From a bacterium (GTDB taxonomy: Bacteria > Planctomycetota > UBA1135 > GCA-002686595), in assembly GCA_024228395.1 (NCBI GenBank), contig JAAETM010000018.1, forward strand, positions 2,440-66,439: a stretch of DNA of 64,000 bases. Direction: 5' to 3'. This document shows positions 50,541 through 60,992 of this stretch, one piece after another. The notes under the pieces were generated by a model that was given only the letters and a program-made list of their open reading frames with translations, searched no databases and had not been told where the DNA came from. Each line of letters begins with the position of its first letter. Within the stretch, counting starts at the first letter, position 1. A program made the position numbers and the translations under genes.

Positions 50541-51464
50541 ATGCACTTCGAATTCGTTAGAGGACATCGGACTCCCCAGTCTGTTTCGGTAGAACTTTCA
50601 GCGCCCGCACGCAGTGGTTTGGTGCCTGTGCACGATTTGGCCAAGCTCTTTGGCTGCACGGATTCTGATATCGTCAGGTGGGCTGAATGCATGTCCATCG
50701 CCCAGGAAGAGATGGATTGGCGCGGTGCCCAATTGGCGTGCCTGACCCTGCAGGATGCCTTCCGCATGCACTTGGCCATGCGCGCCATGGTGGAGGACCC
50801 TATTCAGGCGGCGGACCTGCGCATGCTTGAGTTGCGGCGCACGCTCGCAGGGAAGGAGCAAGCCTTGGAGCAAGCCTTGGAGCAAACTCGGAAGGAGTTG
50901 GCGGCGTCGAATACCATTGTCGCGCAGCGCAACAGCGAGCTCAAAACTCTGAAGAACGGCGTGGCCCAGTTGGAAGAAACCGTCGCGCAAAGTGCCAGTG
51001 TTCATCGTGAACTGGAGAGAATGCAAAAACTCCACGTGGAATCCCAAGCGCAGCAGGGTCAGTTGGCTCTCAAATGGGGTGGTGCCAATGAGTTGCTGCG
51101 GGAACTGCGGTCCGGACAGGAAGCTGCCAAGCAGAGATTGCAGGAATTGGAAGAACTCCTCGCGAAGACCCAGGTCGCCAAACAGCAAGTGGAGCAGGAC
51201 GCCCTACGCGCTCAAGGACAAGCAAGGGACACCGAAGCGCGCCTGACCCAGGAATTGAATCGGGTGGAGGAGTGTCTTCGAAAAGCGGAAGCTGCCGTCG
51301 AAGATGCACAACCGGACCCGCGTGAGGTGGAGTATCGGAAGTTGGCACGTGTGCGCACATCCAAGAGATTGCACACCCTAAGACGCACTTGCATCACCGC
51401 GACCGAGGTCGAGCGGAACCTGGAGCGCTACTGCAATCGCCTTGAGGAAAAACTCAGGGGGTAG
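50541..51464 (+). CDS. Hypothetical protein: HTH-like N-terminus + long coiled coil
   Basis: VHDLAKLFGCTDSDIVRW (excisionase/MerR-like HTH appearance) followed by about 200 aa of heptad-rich Q/E/L sequence. Confidence 0.45.
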   Translation: MHFEFVRGHRTPQSVSVELSAPARSGLVPVHDLAKLFGCTDSDIVRWAECMSIAQEEMDWRGAQLACLTLQDAFRMHLAMRAMVEDPIQAADLRMLELRRTLAGKEQALEQALEQTRKELAASNTIVAQRNSELKTLKNGVAQLEETVAQSASVHRELERMQKLHVESQAQQGQLALKWGGANELLRELRSGQEAAKQRLQELEELLAKTQVAKQQVEQDALRAQGQARDTEARLTQELNRVEECLRKAEAAVEDAQPDPREVEYRKLARVRTSKRLHTLRRTCITATEVERNLERYCNRLEEKLRG

Positions 51465-51471
51465 GGCGTCC

Positions 51472-51960
51472 CTAGAACACCACGCCCAGGATTTCCGCTT
51501 CAAACACCAGGTTGCCATTTGCCATGGCTTGTGCTTGGTAGCGGAACATGCGCTTCGAAGAGCGCAGTAGTTTGGTGATGATGTACAGGCGGCAGGTGGG
51601 TTCCACCGAACCGCGGAAGCGAGCATTGTCCACCCCAGCGAACCCCACGAAGGATCCTCCCGGCAGGGGAGTGGTGTTGCGATGGGCAGAATAATCGTAG
51701 GCGGAGAGCTGCGCGGCGGTTTCTATTTGCAAGGCGCCCGGGAAAAGCGGACGCCCTGGGATGTGATCTTTAGCCCACCAATCGTCGGTGGTGATGTCCC
51801 GGTAGCCCACCAAAAGGCCATTCTCCACGTCTTCGTGCAGCACACCCTCCAGCATTCGGAAGCGCCCGGATTGCTTGAGGAAAGGGTCCAAGTCGCGGGG
51901 CCCCACGAGGACGGTTTCAAGGTCGATGGAGCCCAGATCGATTAGTGGAGTGCTTGCCAT
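51472..51960 (-). CDS. FabA/FabZ-like 3-hydroxyacyl-ACP dehydratase (hotdog fold)
   Basis: DHIPGRPLFPGALQIETAAQL active-site region. Start taken at ATG 51960. Confidence 0.7.
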   Translation of the reverse strand: MASTPLIDLGSIDLETVLVGPRDLDPFLKQSGRFRMLEGVLHEDVENGLLVGYRDITTDDWWAKDHIPGRPLFPGALQIETAAQLSAYDYSAHRNTTPLPGGSFVGFAGVDNARFRGSVEPTCRLYIITKLLRSSKRMFRYQAQAMANGNLVFEAEILGVVF

Positions 51961-52055
51961 GTGGGAGAGTGTATTGGGCGCAATGCCCGAATTCGAGGGT
52001 TTACCGCCACCTTTCGCCCTTTGAGGGCTTCTGGGCACCCTGGAGATGTTTCTAC

Positions 52056-53423
52056 TCAGCTCTCCACGTGTGGATCCTGCAGCCAGCGGCCCTTTTGGAC
52101 CAGTCTATGGAAGATCAAGCCCTTGGCGAAGGTCGTCACGTTGATAGCCCACCAAAGGCCGCTGGGGCCAAATCTCCAGGTCACGGCGAAGAGGATCCCC
52201 AAGGGCACTCGGGCCAAGTTGCCGGGGACGGAAACCCAAAAGATGGGCCGGGTGTGGCCGGCGGCCATGTGGACGTTTTCCGATACGGCTTCTAGGGCTA
52301 CGAAAACCTGGCTGATGGCCAAGATGCGAAGATAGAGAATCGCCTCGCGCAACACTTCCAGGTCGTCCGTGAAAGCCCGCACGAGATAGGGCCCCGGCAC
52401 CACAAAGGAGAAGCTGATGAGTGCGGAGGCCGCCAGGGCGATGCGTCTCGTGCTGCGGGTCAATGCCAGGGCAAGGACCTTGTCCTTTGCCCCAAGGGCG
52501 CGCCCCACCATGGCTGAACCTCCGAGTGCGATGCCCAGGAAGAGGGGATAAGAAACAGCTTCGAAGGCGTTGAATCCAATGCTGAAGCCCGCCAAGGCCG
52601 CATCCGGAAAGTGTGAAAATACCCAGCGTGCCAGGGCCAGGTAGACACACGCATAAATCGCGATGGAGATGCAGGAAGGCAAACCGGTACGAACGATGCG
52701 GACCAACTCTGAAATGGCGATGCGCGTTTTCGGAATCAGAGGCACGCCCTTGCGGCGTACCAGCCATGCCAAACCCAAACAGAGTGTGATCGTCCGCGAA
52801 AGCCCCGTGGCCAAAGCGGCTCCTTGAACACCCAACCAAATCTGGGGCGTTTCTTGCAGGGCTGGAAATCCACCATAGATGAAGAGGGGATTGAGCACGA
52901 AGTTCAAACCGATGGCGGTGATCTGCAAGATCAGGGGGGAACGAACATCTCCCATGGAGATGAAAACGTTGTCCAGCAGTGGCGCGAAGGCGATGGGCAA
53001 GGCCACCAGGTACGTGCCGCGAATGTACGCAGTGGTGGATTGGGCCACGCCTTCGGAGAGACCCATGAGCCCGGTCAATTGGGGTGTGATCCAATAGCCG
53101 ATTCCGCCCACGATCAAGGCCAGCAGGCTGGAAAGAGCGAATCCGTGGTGGATGGCGCTATTGCGCGCGGCCTCATCTCCCGCACCACTAGCGCGCGCCA
53201 CCCGCGACATGCATCCGGCCACCGCCAAGAAATACAGGGCGAAGTTTAAGATCATCACGAAGGTGGCCGCGCCCAATGCGGCTTGGGCTTGCTTGCCCAA
53301 TCCACCCACCCAGAACTGATCGTTGATGCGGAAGGCCGAACTGCATAGACATGACGCAACCGTAGGCCAAGTGAATCGCAGTACGTTGCGCAGTCGCGCT
53401 TCCGAGGGCACTACTGTCGACAA
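52056..53423 (-). CDS. MATE-family (MOP superfamily) transporter
   Basis: 12-TM-like profile. N-terminus ...WPTVASCLCSSAFRINDQFWVGGLGKQAQAALG is typical of the MATE repeat. Confidence 0.75.
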   Translation of the reverse strand: MSTVVPSEARLRNVLRFTWPTVASCLCSSAFRINDQFWVGGLGKQAQAALGAATFVMILNFALYFLAVAGCMSRVARASGAGDEAARNSAIHHGFALSSLLALIVGGIGYWITPQLTGLMGLSEGVAQSTTAYIRGTYLVALPIAFAPLLDNVFISMGDVRSPLILQITAIGLNFVLNPLFIYGGFPALQETPQIWLGVQGAALATGLSRTITLCLGLAWLVRRKGVPLIPKTRIAISELVRIVRTGLPSCISIAIYACVYLALARWVFSHFPDAALAGFSIGFNAFEAVSYPLFLGIALGGSAMVGRALGAKDKVLALALTRSTRRIALAASALISFSFVVPGPYLVRAFTDDLEVLREAILYLRILAISQVFVALEAVSENVHMAAGHTRPIFWVSVPGNLARVPLGILFAVTWRFGPSGLWWAINVTTFAKGLIFHRLVQKGRWLQDPHVES

Positions 53424-54499
53424 TAAACGGGGTATGGGTGGGGTTGCCCTTCGGACAGGGGGATCACAAGGGTTGTGCGCCCATGTCGTTCACTCGGCTT
53501 GTGCTCCATGCGCAGGCGGTAGGTCCCGGCAGGCAAGTAACGCAGGGTGAGTTCACCGGTGAAATCGGCCACCCCGTCGATGGGCACGGCGCCATGGCCG
53601 CGAACGATGGCGTCGGGGAGGGGCATTCCCTCCCGATCGATCACCCGTAGCGTGACTTCGTGGGTCTTCGGAAGGGTGCCTGTCCAAGTGGCCAGTTTTC
53701 CGACTTCGATCTGGATGTCCTGCGCCGGAACAAGGGGTTGATCTGCGTGGCCAACCAGTATTGTGAGAGTTCCCGCGGGAAGCTCTTCGAAAGTGTGGAG
53801 CCCTGCCGCATCCGTCTTGGCTGTCCAGCGTTTGCCCGTGATCTTGGATTCCAAAATCAAGGGTAGGTCGAGGGCGGGGGACGAATCCTCGTTCTGAAGG
53901 CTCACCTGCAGGCTGGAGAGTGGCTGCAAGCGCAGCATCACGTGGGAGCGATCCTTGACCCGATGTCCAGGTCCCTCAATCTTGAAGAGTGAGATCTCCA
54001 AGGCGACCGAAGCTTGATCTTCCGCTCGTGCGTATACCCGGTACGACGCCATGGGCAAGTCTCTCACTTCAAAGGTGGTTTGCTGTCCGGGAAATTCGAT
54101 TTCCCGGCGGATGGCCGTTTCACGACCCATCGCAAATTCGGAAGGTTCAATCACCAGGGTCCACTTCTCAGGCATGGACCTGGAGTCACTGGGAAGAAGC
54201 TCACCGGAGATCTGGCCCATGCCATCGAACGTGCGCCTCATCTTCCGGTACGGCAGGGGGCCAACTTCCACTCGACTGGAGGGCGTGAGGCCATCATCTT
54301 GCAGGGGAGCCAGGTCGACCGGCGGGCTTTGCTCCACGCCGAGCTCGCCCTGGGTATCTTGGGTCATGCCAGATTCGGCGTTGGACCCCTTCATGCTGGT
54401 CCAGGTGAATGCACCGGCGATCACAAGGATGAGCAGGAGTAGGATCCACAGGGCGGATCCCTCCCGGGAGTGTTTCGTTTTTAGACCATTCGTTGACAC
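53411..54499 (-). CDS. Membrane-anchored protein with carboxypeptidase-regulatory-like (prealbumin-fold) repeats
   Basis: N-terminal TM ALWILLLLILVIAGAF. Repeats of the form G..V.D..G.P...A.V...tDa.G.f.l..LPAGTY. Confidence 0.5.
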   Translation of the reverse strand: MSTNGLKTKHSREGSALWILLLLILVIAGAFTWTSMKGSNAESGMTQDTQGELGVEQSPPVDLAPLQDDGLTPSSRVEVGPLPYRKMRRTFDGMGQISGELLPSDSRSMPEKWTLVIEPSEFAMGRETAIRREIEFPGQQTTFEVRDLPMASYRVYARAEDQASVALEISLFKIEGPGHRVKDRSHVMLRLQPLSSLQVSLQNEDSSPALDLPLILESKITGKRWTAKTDAAGLHTFEELPAGTLTILVGHADQPLVPAQDIQIEVGKLATWTGTLPKTHEVTLRVIDREGMPLPDAIVRGHGAVPIDGVADFTGELTLRYLPAGTYRLRMEHKPSERHGRTTLVIPLSEGQPHPYPVYCRQ

Positions 54500-54644
54500 G
54501 TTTCTATCCCTCCTTCTAACCTTGTTCGGCCCGTCCCGTTAAGTCAGGGTTGGGGTGCCCGTGGTTTGCCCCGCGAGCCATGATCCTAGCGAGTTCTGGA
54601 GTCTCTGCCAGTGCCAGCCTGACCTCCATACAAAATCTCTTCGA

Positions 54645-57080
54645 ATGTCGTTTCCCCGTTTATTGTGGTTTGCACTCAGCCTTGTCTGTCTGGCGGCCTC
54701 TGGGCGGTCTCAGGGGCGTGTTATCGTGCTCGGGTTCGACGGTGCCGATGCCCGCATGACCCGTCGCATGATGGATGCCGGCGAATTGCCACACATGGCC
54801 AAATTGGCCGAGCAGGGCACCTTTGCGCCCCTGATTTCCACCAATCCGGCCGAGTCTGCCGCGGGTTGGGCAGCCCTCAACACCGGGGTAGGACCGGTGA
54901 AAAACGGAGTGGCCAGTTTCATTGTGCGCAGCTTGGAAGCGGACCACGTGAAGCCTGCCACCGGCCATGTGCGCATCGAGGACGTGGCCTACAAGGACTT
55001 GGATCACCGGGGAATCTTCAAGCGTTGGATCGCAGGCACAGAGCGCATGCCCCTCATTCTGGGTGGGGTTTTGATCTCCCTGCTCGTGCTGTGGCTGTTG
55101 TTTCGATTTCTGTTCGGTATGGGCAAGCTGGCTGCGCTCTTGATGGCCGGTATTTTGTCGGGTGCACTGGGGGCTGGTTTGCATCGGGCCAAGGGTTACA
55201 TGGATATTCAAATCGTGGATGTCTTTCACAACCAGGTCGTGGCGGACGGCTTTTGGGACTATGCGGGCCGCGCGGGCGTGCCCTCGATCGTGCTCGACGC
55301 CGCCCTGTCGTTCGGACGTGATGCCACCGAAGGAACGCGCGTGCTCGGGGGTTTGGGATTGCCCGACACGGTGGGCGCGGTCAGCGGCAACTGGTCGATC
55401 TTCACCGACGATGCTTTGCTTGGCAGTCCCCAACCCTTGGGCGAAAATGCAGGCTCCACCCAAAGTGGTTCCATGTATCTGCTCACCGATATCAATGGAG
55501 TCTTGAAGGGTGATGTCTATGGGCCCGTGCACGCGGAGCAACGCGCCTCGGTGCTCACCGAATTGAAAGCGCTGCTTTTGGAGTTGGAGGGCGCGGGCAG
55601 CATGGGATACAAGGAGAAGGGTACCCTGGACGAACGTTTGCGCCAATTGGAGCGTGAAGCCGCCGCCTTTGGTTTGAACGATCAGGGCGAATCGGGTGGT
55701 TCTATTTCAAATACGGCGCGCACCAAGTTGCCGCTCTTGATCGAGCGCGGCGAAGGGGAAGTCACCGTGACCTTGGGTTCCGACGAACCCCAAACCATCC
55801 GCGAGGGGGAGTGGTCCAGTTGGTTCCATTTGGAATTTGAGATCAACCCCATGGTGAGCGCCAAAGCCATCACTCGCATGCGGCTCAACTCCGCCGCCGA
55901 TCCCTTGGAGTTGTACGTGCATACCTTCGAAATCGACCCGGAGGCCCCCCTGGAATGGCAGCCGGTCAGCCAACCCCCCGGGTTCGCCAAAGAGGCCGCC
56001 GATTGGATCGATGCGCCCTACGAGACCTTGGGTTGGTCCTGCATGACCAACCAACTTAAGGACCGTCGCTTGGACACACGCGTGTTCTTGGAGGACATCG
56101 AGTTCACCATGGATTGGCGCCGCCGTTTGACCGCGGCCGCCATGCAGCGTGATGATTGGCGTTTGCTCTACAGCGTCTACAGCACCACCGACCGCGTGCA
56201 GCACATGATGTACGCGCACTTTGATGATCGACACCCGGGGCACGACGAGGAGACCGCTGCGCAGAGCGTATCGTTCTTCGGCAAGCCGACGACCTTCGCC
56301 GAGGTGATCCCAGCCATCTACAAACAGATGGACGAGCGCGTGGGGGAAGCCATGGAGGCCATGCGCCCCGACGATGTGCTGTACCTGTGCGCGGACCACG
56401 GATTCACCAGCTTCCGCCGGCAGGTGTTTTTGAACAACCTGCTATGCGAGCATGGTTACTTGAAGCTCAAGGAGGACCTTCGGGTTGCCGATGGGGGAAC
56501 CCCTTTGGGGTTTGTTGATTGGTCCAGCACCCAGGCCTATTCCCTGGGATTGGGCATGGTGTATCTGAACCTCAAAGGCCGGGAGCCCCACGGCATCGTG
56601 GATCCCGCAGATGCCCGCGCCCTCCTGGAGAACATCCGAAAAGACCTTCTAGCGGTCCAGGACTTCGGTCAAGACCTGGAGGTGTCGGTTGAGCCTGTTT
56701 CGCCCATAGCAGACGCCGAGATTCTCTGGGATGCATATCCGGGTGAGTGGCAGGGCAAGGGCTATCCCTGCGCCGATCTGATGGTTGGGTTTGCGGAATT
56801 TTATCGCATCGCCTGGGGCGGCGTCATGGGGGGCATGGCGCTGCACCAAACTTCCCATGGCGTGACCCCTTACGAGGCCTACAAGGACAACCTGAACCCT
56901 TGGAGTGGCGATCACGCATCCAACTCCCCGGACCTGGTCACGGGCATTTTCTTCAGCAGTAAAAAACTCAACTTGCCCGAGACCGGAGTGAGCGTCATGC
57001 ACTTGGCACCCACGATTTTGAAGAGTCTGGACGTGCCGATTCCGGACAGCCTGCGCTTGGCTCCTCTGACCGCTGAGTGA
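54645..57080 (+). CDS. Alkaline-phosphatase-superfamily protein (type I phosphodiesterase/nucleotide pyrophosphatase-like) with an internal TM insertion
   Basis: Signal peptide, VIVLGFDGADARM, ...YLCADHGFTSF, SGDHAS. Confidence 0.7.
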   Translation: MSFPRLLWFALSLVCLAASGRSQGRVIVLGFDGADARMTRRMMDAGELPHMAKLAEQGTFAPLISTNPAESAAGWAALNTGVGPVKNGVASFIVRSLEADHVKPATGHVRIEDVAYKDLDHRGIFKRWIAGTERMPLILGGVLISLLVLWLLFRFLFGMGKLAALLMAGILSGALGAGLHRAKGYMDIQIVDVFHNQVVADGFWDYAGRAGVPSIVLDAALSFGRDATEGTRVLGGLGLPDTVGAVSGNWSIFTDDALLGSPQPLGENAGSTQSGSMYLLTDINGVLKGDVYGPVHAEQRASVLTELKALLLELEGAGSMGYKEKGTLDERLRQLEREAAAFGLNDQGESGGSISNTARTKLPLLIERGEGEVTVTLGSDEPQTIREGEWSSWFHLEFEINPMVSAKAITRMRLNSAADPLELYVHTFEIDPEAPLEWQPVSQPPGFAKEAADWIDAPYETLGWSCMTNQLKDRRLDTRVFLEDIEFTMDWRRRLTAAAMQRDDWRLLYSVYSTTDRVQHMMYAHFDDRHPGHDEETAAQSVSFFGKPTTFAEVIPAIYKQMDERVGEAMEAMRPDDVLYLCADHGFTSFRRQVFLNNLLCEHGYLKLKEDLRVADGGTPLGFVDWSSTQAYSLGLGMVYLNLKGREPHGIVDPADARALLENIRKDLLAVQDFGQDLEVSVEPVSPIADAEILWDAYPGEWQGKGYPCADLMVGFAEFYRIAWGGVMGGMALHQTSHGVTPYEAYKDNLNPWSGDHASNSPDLVTGIFFSSKKLNLPETGVSVMHLAPTILKSLDVPIPDSLRLAPLTAE

Positions 57081-57084
57081 TTCC

Positions 57085-57402
57085 ATGGAATCCATTCGAC
57101 CTTCCGAATTGGCTGAACGCCTGCAACGTGGCGACAAGCTGGTCCTGCTCGATGTGCGCCGTCACAACGAGTTGGAAATTTGCGTCCTGCCGAACGTCGT
57201 GCACCTGCCCCTCAGCGATCTGGACCAAGGCCACCACATACTCGACCCCGACGATGTGATCGTTTGCATTTGCCATCACGGTATTCGCAGCGCCCAGGCA
57301 TGCACGATGTTGGAGTCCTACGGTTTCGACGGGGTCATCAACCTGACCGGTGGCATGGAGCTTTGGGCCCAGGAAATGGATCCGGAAATGGCGCGTTACT
57401 AA
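57085..57402 (+). CDS. Rhodanese-domain protein
   Basis: Single rhodanese fold with active-site loop CICHHGIRS. Confidence 0.8.
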   Translation: MESIRPSELAERLQRGDKLVLLDVRRHNELEICVLPNVVHLPLSDLDQGHHILDPDDVIVCICHHGIRSAQACTMLESYGFDGVINLTGGMELWAQEMDPEMARY

Positions 57403-57411
57403 ACTCCGGTC

Positions 57412-57756
57412 ATGACTCCACCGCGCAAATCAGCTCCGATCAACCTGGCCCGGGAGCGCATCTATTCGGTCATCGACTGTATTCCCAGGGGACGGGTGTC
57501 GACCTACGGCACCATCGCAAACGAAGCTGGCAGGCCCCGCGGCGCCCGCCAGGTGGCAGCCGCCCTGCGCAACCTGGGCCCTGGCCGCGACCTACCCTGG
57601 TTCCGCGTGGTCAACGCCTCGGGCCGCATTAGCCAGCGTCCCGGCGGCAGTGAACTCGCCCAGCGCAAGATTCTCGAAAAGGAAGGCGTGCTGTTCAGCC
57701 CATCGAATCGCATCGACCTCAAGCGCTTCGGCTGGCCGGACGGATCTTTTGGGTGA
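57412..57756 (+). CDS. MGMT-family DNA-binding protein, alkyltransferase-like (Atl/YbaZ-type, no catalytic Cys)
   Basis: IPRGRVSTYGTIA...ARQVAAAL...LPWFRVVNASG: Trp occupies the PCHRV cysteine position. Confidence 0.75.
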   Translation: MTPPRKSAPINLARERIYSVIDCIPRGRVSTYGTIANEAGRPRGARQVAAALRNLGPGRDLPWFRVVNASGRISQRPGGSELAQRKILEKEGVLFSPSNRIDLKRFGWPDGSFG

Positions 57757-57858
57757 TCGACTCAGAACCCGATGAATAGATGTCAGGGGAGTTGGTAGGC
57801 TGTGGGTGGCTGCCCATTGGGTAGCGAGTCTTTACTCTCCCCTTGATCTGATCATGTC

Positions 57859-58794
57859 ATGGCCGACTGGAACCTCCATTACCAAGAACTACGCGAGCAG
57901 CTTGCCCTGAGGGAAAAGAACAAGGGGCGCTTGCACCGGGCCCGTGTTGAGTTGGACGCCCAGCTGACGGAGTTGGACAAGCACAAGGTCCGGCTAGAAA
58001 AGGAACGCAAGGATGTGGCCAAGTTGGAGGGCCTGAGCCTGACGGCTCTCTTCCATACGATTCTTTGCAGTAAGACGGAACAACTGGACATCGAACGCCA
58101 GGAGGCGCTGCGGGCCAAGCTGAAGTTTGATCAGTGCCGTGGCGCGGTGGCACGCAGGAAGGAGGAGGTAGGGGAGCTTGTCGCAAAGATCGAAGCAGGC
58201 GAGGGGTTGGAGACTGAAGTTGCGGCTGTCCTGAAACAGAAGGAAGAGTGGCTCACCCGGGAAGGGGGAGAGCACGCCCAGCAGCTCGCCGACTTTGCAG
58301 AAAATATTGCCAATGCCAAATCCCACCAGCGCGAACTTGGGGAAGCGTGGGCCGCGGGGGATGAAGCGTGCGAATCGATGGAGAAAGTCGTGAAGAGCCT
58401 GCAGACGGCGAAGAGCTGGGGCACGTACGACATGCTAGGTGGTGGGATCGTAGCTACCAGTGTGAAGCACTCCCACATCAACAAAGCCAAGGGTTACATG
58501 GAGGACGCGGTCTACAAATTGGAAACTTACAGCGATGAGTTGCAGGATGTAAACCTGGAATGGAATTCCTCCATGGGCATATCCAGTTTTAATACCTTTG
58601 CGGATTACCTGCTCGACGGACTGATCTTCGACTGGGTCGTGCAGTCTAAGATCAAGAAATCCCTTGGGTCCTGTACGCGAGCCGTGTCGTCTGTCAAATC
58701 TATCCAACGCCGTTTGGAAACTGAAATTGCCGAGGTCAAAGATCGGGTCCGAACCCTCGAGGCCGAGAGGATCGAGCTGCTCGAACAGGGCTAG
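57859..58794 (+). CDS. Hypothetical coiled-coil protein
   Basis: Long ORF with coding-like composition and heptad-rich N- and C-terminal segments. No family recognised. Confidence 0.5.
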   Translation: MADWNLHYQELREQLALREKNKGRLHRARVELDAQLTELDKHKVRLEKERKDVAKLEGLSLTALFHTILCSKTEQLDIERQEALRAKLKFDQCRGAVARRKEEVGELVAKIEAGEGLETEVAAVLKQKEEWLTREGGEHAQQLADFAENIANAKSHQRELGEAWAAGDEACESMEKVVKSLQTAKSWGTYDMLGGGIVATSVKHSHINKAKGYMEDAVYKLETYSDELQDVNLEWNSSMGISSFNTFADYLLDGLIFDWVVQSKIKKSLGSCTRAVSSVKSIQRRLETEIAEVKDRVRTLEAERIELLEQG

Positions 58795-58831
58795 TGGGGG
58801 GCAGGCGAGGGGTGCGTCAGGTTGATCCCAG

Positions 58832-59161
58832 ATGGGCGGATTTGTGGGCCCTTTACAATCCCCTGACAAGCTGCTCACAAAGTTGGGCGATGCTTGGGGC
58901 ATGAACAACAAAGAAAAGACAAAACAAGAGGGGCTTCCCATGAAAACCGAAGAATTTTCGAGTTGGCAGGACCCGGAATCGGGCGAATGGATGGTGCTGA
59001 CGTCCAAGGGCTCGCCCTTTACAGATGGGGTGCTCAATGAGGCCCCCGGGGGGGGCGAGGTAGCAGACGACGTGGGCAAACCCCGCAGGATTTGCGATCG
59101 CTGCGCCACTCGAAACAGCAAATGGACCATGCCCCGGCTGGCTGCGAGCTCGGTTGTTTGA
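58832..59161 (+). CDS. Hypothetical small protein (start uncertain)
   Basis: Only an open frame. Contains CDRC. No family recognised. Confidence 0.25.
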   Translation: MGGFVGPLQSPDKLLTKLGDAWGMNNKEKTKQEGLPMKTEEFSSWQDPESGEWMVLTSKGSPFTDGVLNEAPGGGEVADDVGKPRRICDRCATRNSKWTMPRLAASSVV

Positions 59162-59272
59162 GTGACGCCAAGGGGCTCAAGGGGCGGGGTCCAGGGGGCT
59201 TCCGCGCACGGGATTGGCACGCGCCCTGCGATTCTGCATGAATAATTAGCCTTGAACGGTTAGCTTTTCGCC

Positions 59273-60880
59273 ATGAAAGCAGGCGACACACCGGCGCGGG
59301 GAGATCACTGGACAGTTTTGATTTGGATGGTCTTTGGAGTCGGGGTGGGACTCGTGATGCAGTGGAAGTTGGAAGCGCCCTCCTATTTGGGGCTGGATGT
59401 TTCCGCTAGCACCTCTGGTGTGCGAGTTTCTGGCTTGGCGGCCAAGGGGCCGGCATCGAAAGCCGGGCTTTCCGTGGGGGAGGACCTGCGCGGCGTGGTG
59501 CTGAACCGGGGAACGGAAGAAGAGTCCTACGTTTGGTTGCGCACACCGAGTGATCTAAGGGAGGGCGTGTTGCCCCGCGTGGCCCAGGGCGAGGTGGTAT
59601 GGATGCTGCCCTCACGCGGATCCGACGACCCGCGGGTCGTGGAGACCTTTGATGCGGCCACCGACAAGGCCGTGCCCGTATCGGTGGGATTGTCCAAGGA
59701 CTCGCAGCGCGCCAAGTACATAGCGCCCTTTGCTTTTGTGGCAGCCCTGTTCATCTCCTTGCTCAAGATGCTGATCGTGCCCATTGTGCTTTCATCGATC
59801 GTGGCCGGCGTGGCCGGCGTGGGGGCCATGAAGGACCTGTCGAGATTGGGCGGCAAAACGTTCTTCTATTACATGGCTACCAGCGTGCTCGCCATCATCG
59901 TGGGGCAGACCCTGGTCAACATCATTCGCCCCGGCGATGGCGCCCAGCTAGGCCTGGCCTACGAGCCCTTCGCCGGCGGGTCCGACAGCTCCCAATTCAT
60001 CGAGGTTTTCCAGCGCATGGTGCCTTCGAACGTTTTCAACGCGCTCGGCGACAACAGCGCCATGCTGGCCGTCATCTTCTTCGCCCTGATTCTGGGTGTG
60101 GCCATCACGCGCAGCGCCGAACCCCACAACACCCGCATGCGCGAGTGGTTCGTCTCGCTCAACGAGGTCATGATGAAGATGGCCGGCGGCGTGCTGAAGC
60201 TCTTGCCCTATGGCGTCTTCGCTCTGATGGTCAAGGTCGTGGCTGGCACCGGTTTCGAACCCTTTAAGGCCCTGCTGCTCTATATGTTCACCGTGGCGCT
60301 GGCGCTCTTCATCCACGCCTTCATCACCCTGCCCCTGGTGCTCAAGTTTATTGGCGGGTTGCATCCGATCCGTTGGGTCAAGGCCATGGCGCCCGCGCTC
60401 ATGACCGCCTTTAGCACCAGCTCCTCCAGCATGACCCTGCCGGTCACCATGGAAACCGTGCACGCCCGTGGCAAGGTCTCAAAGAAGGTCGGCTCCTTCA
60501 CCCTGCCCCTGGGCGCCACCATCAACATGGACGGCACCGCCCTGTACGAGTGCATCGGCGTGATTTTCCTGGCCCAGTACTATGCGTCCGTTGGCGGGGA
60601 TCCCCTGACCATCGCCCAGCAGGGTCTGATCGTGATCATGGCCCTCATGGCCAGCGTGGGAGCCGCCGGCATCCCCTCCGCCGGCCTGGTCATGATGCTG
60701 ACCATCCTCTCCGCCCTGCACCTGCCCCTGGAAGGCGCCGCCCTGCTGCTGGCCGTCGACCGCCCCCTGGACATGATGCGCACCGTGGTCAACGTCTGGT
60801 CCGACTCCTGTGGAGCCGCTGTGGTGGCCCGCAGCGAGGGGGAAGAGGGACCCTTGGACCCCGCCCTGGATGTGGTGTAA
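59273..60880 (+). CDS. Dicarboxylate/amino acid:cation symporter (DAACS, GltP-like) with a PDZ-like insertion after TM1
   Basis: Core motifs LFISLLKMLIVPIVLSSI, AFSTSSSSMTLP, GATINMDGTALYE, VDRPLDMMRTVVNVWSD. Insert: GVRVSGLAAKGPASKAGLSVGEDLRGVVLN. Confidence 0.8.
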   Translation: MKAGDTPARGDHWTVLIWMVFGVGVGLVMQWKLEAPSYLGLDVSASTSGVRVSGLAAKGPASKAGLSVGEDLRGVVLNRGTEEESYVWLRTPSDLREGVLPRVAQGEVVWMLPSRGSDDPRVVETFDAATDKAVPVSVGLSKDSQRAKYIAPFAFVAALFISLLKMLIVPIVLSSIVAGVAGVGAMKDLSRLGGKTFFYYMATSVLAIIVGQTLVNIIRPGDGAQLGLAYEPFAGGSDSSQFIEVFQRMVPSNVFNALGDNSAMLAVIFFALILGVAITRSAEPHNTRMREWFVSLNEVMMKMAGGVLKLLPYGVFALMVKVVAGTGFEPFKALLLYMFTVALALFIHAFITLPLVLKFIGGLHPIRWVKAMAPALMTAFSTSSSSMTLPVTMETVHARGKVSKKVGSFTLPLGATINMDGTALYECIGVIFLAQYYASVGGDPLTIAQQGLIVIMALMASVGAAGIPSAGLVMMLTILSALHLPLEGAALLLAVDRPLDMMRTVVNVWSDSCGAAVVARSEGEEGPLDPALDVV

Positions 60881-60992
60881 CCTGCCCGTCCCGATCGGAT
60901 CCCTAGGCCCTCCCTAAAATAATTTGCAATGGGGCCCAAGCCATCCCGGCTTGTGTGCCCCAACCCGACCGTCATTCGCTATCCTCTTCCCC

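Noticed and set aside
49814-51464. AAA_28-type ATPase plus HTH/coiled-coil protein as a possible defence or partition-like two-gene system
   Set aside because: Only a generic P-loop and a generic coiled coil are visible. There is no nuclease, effector or toxin-like domain and no mobile-element context. The evidence is insufficient to call a system.
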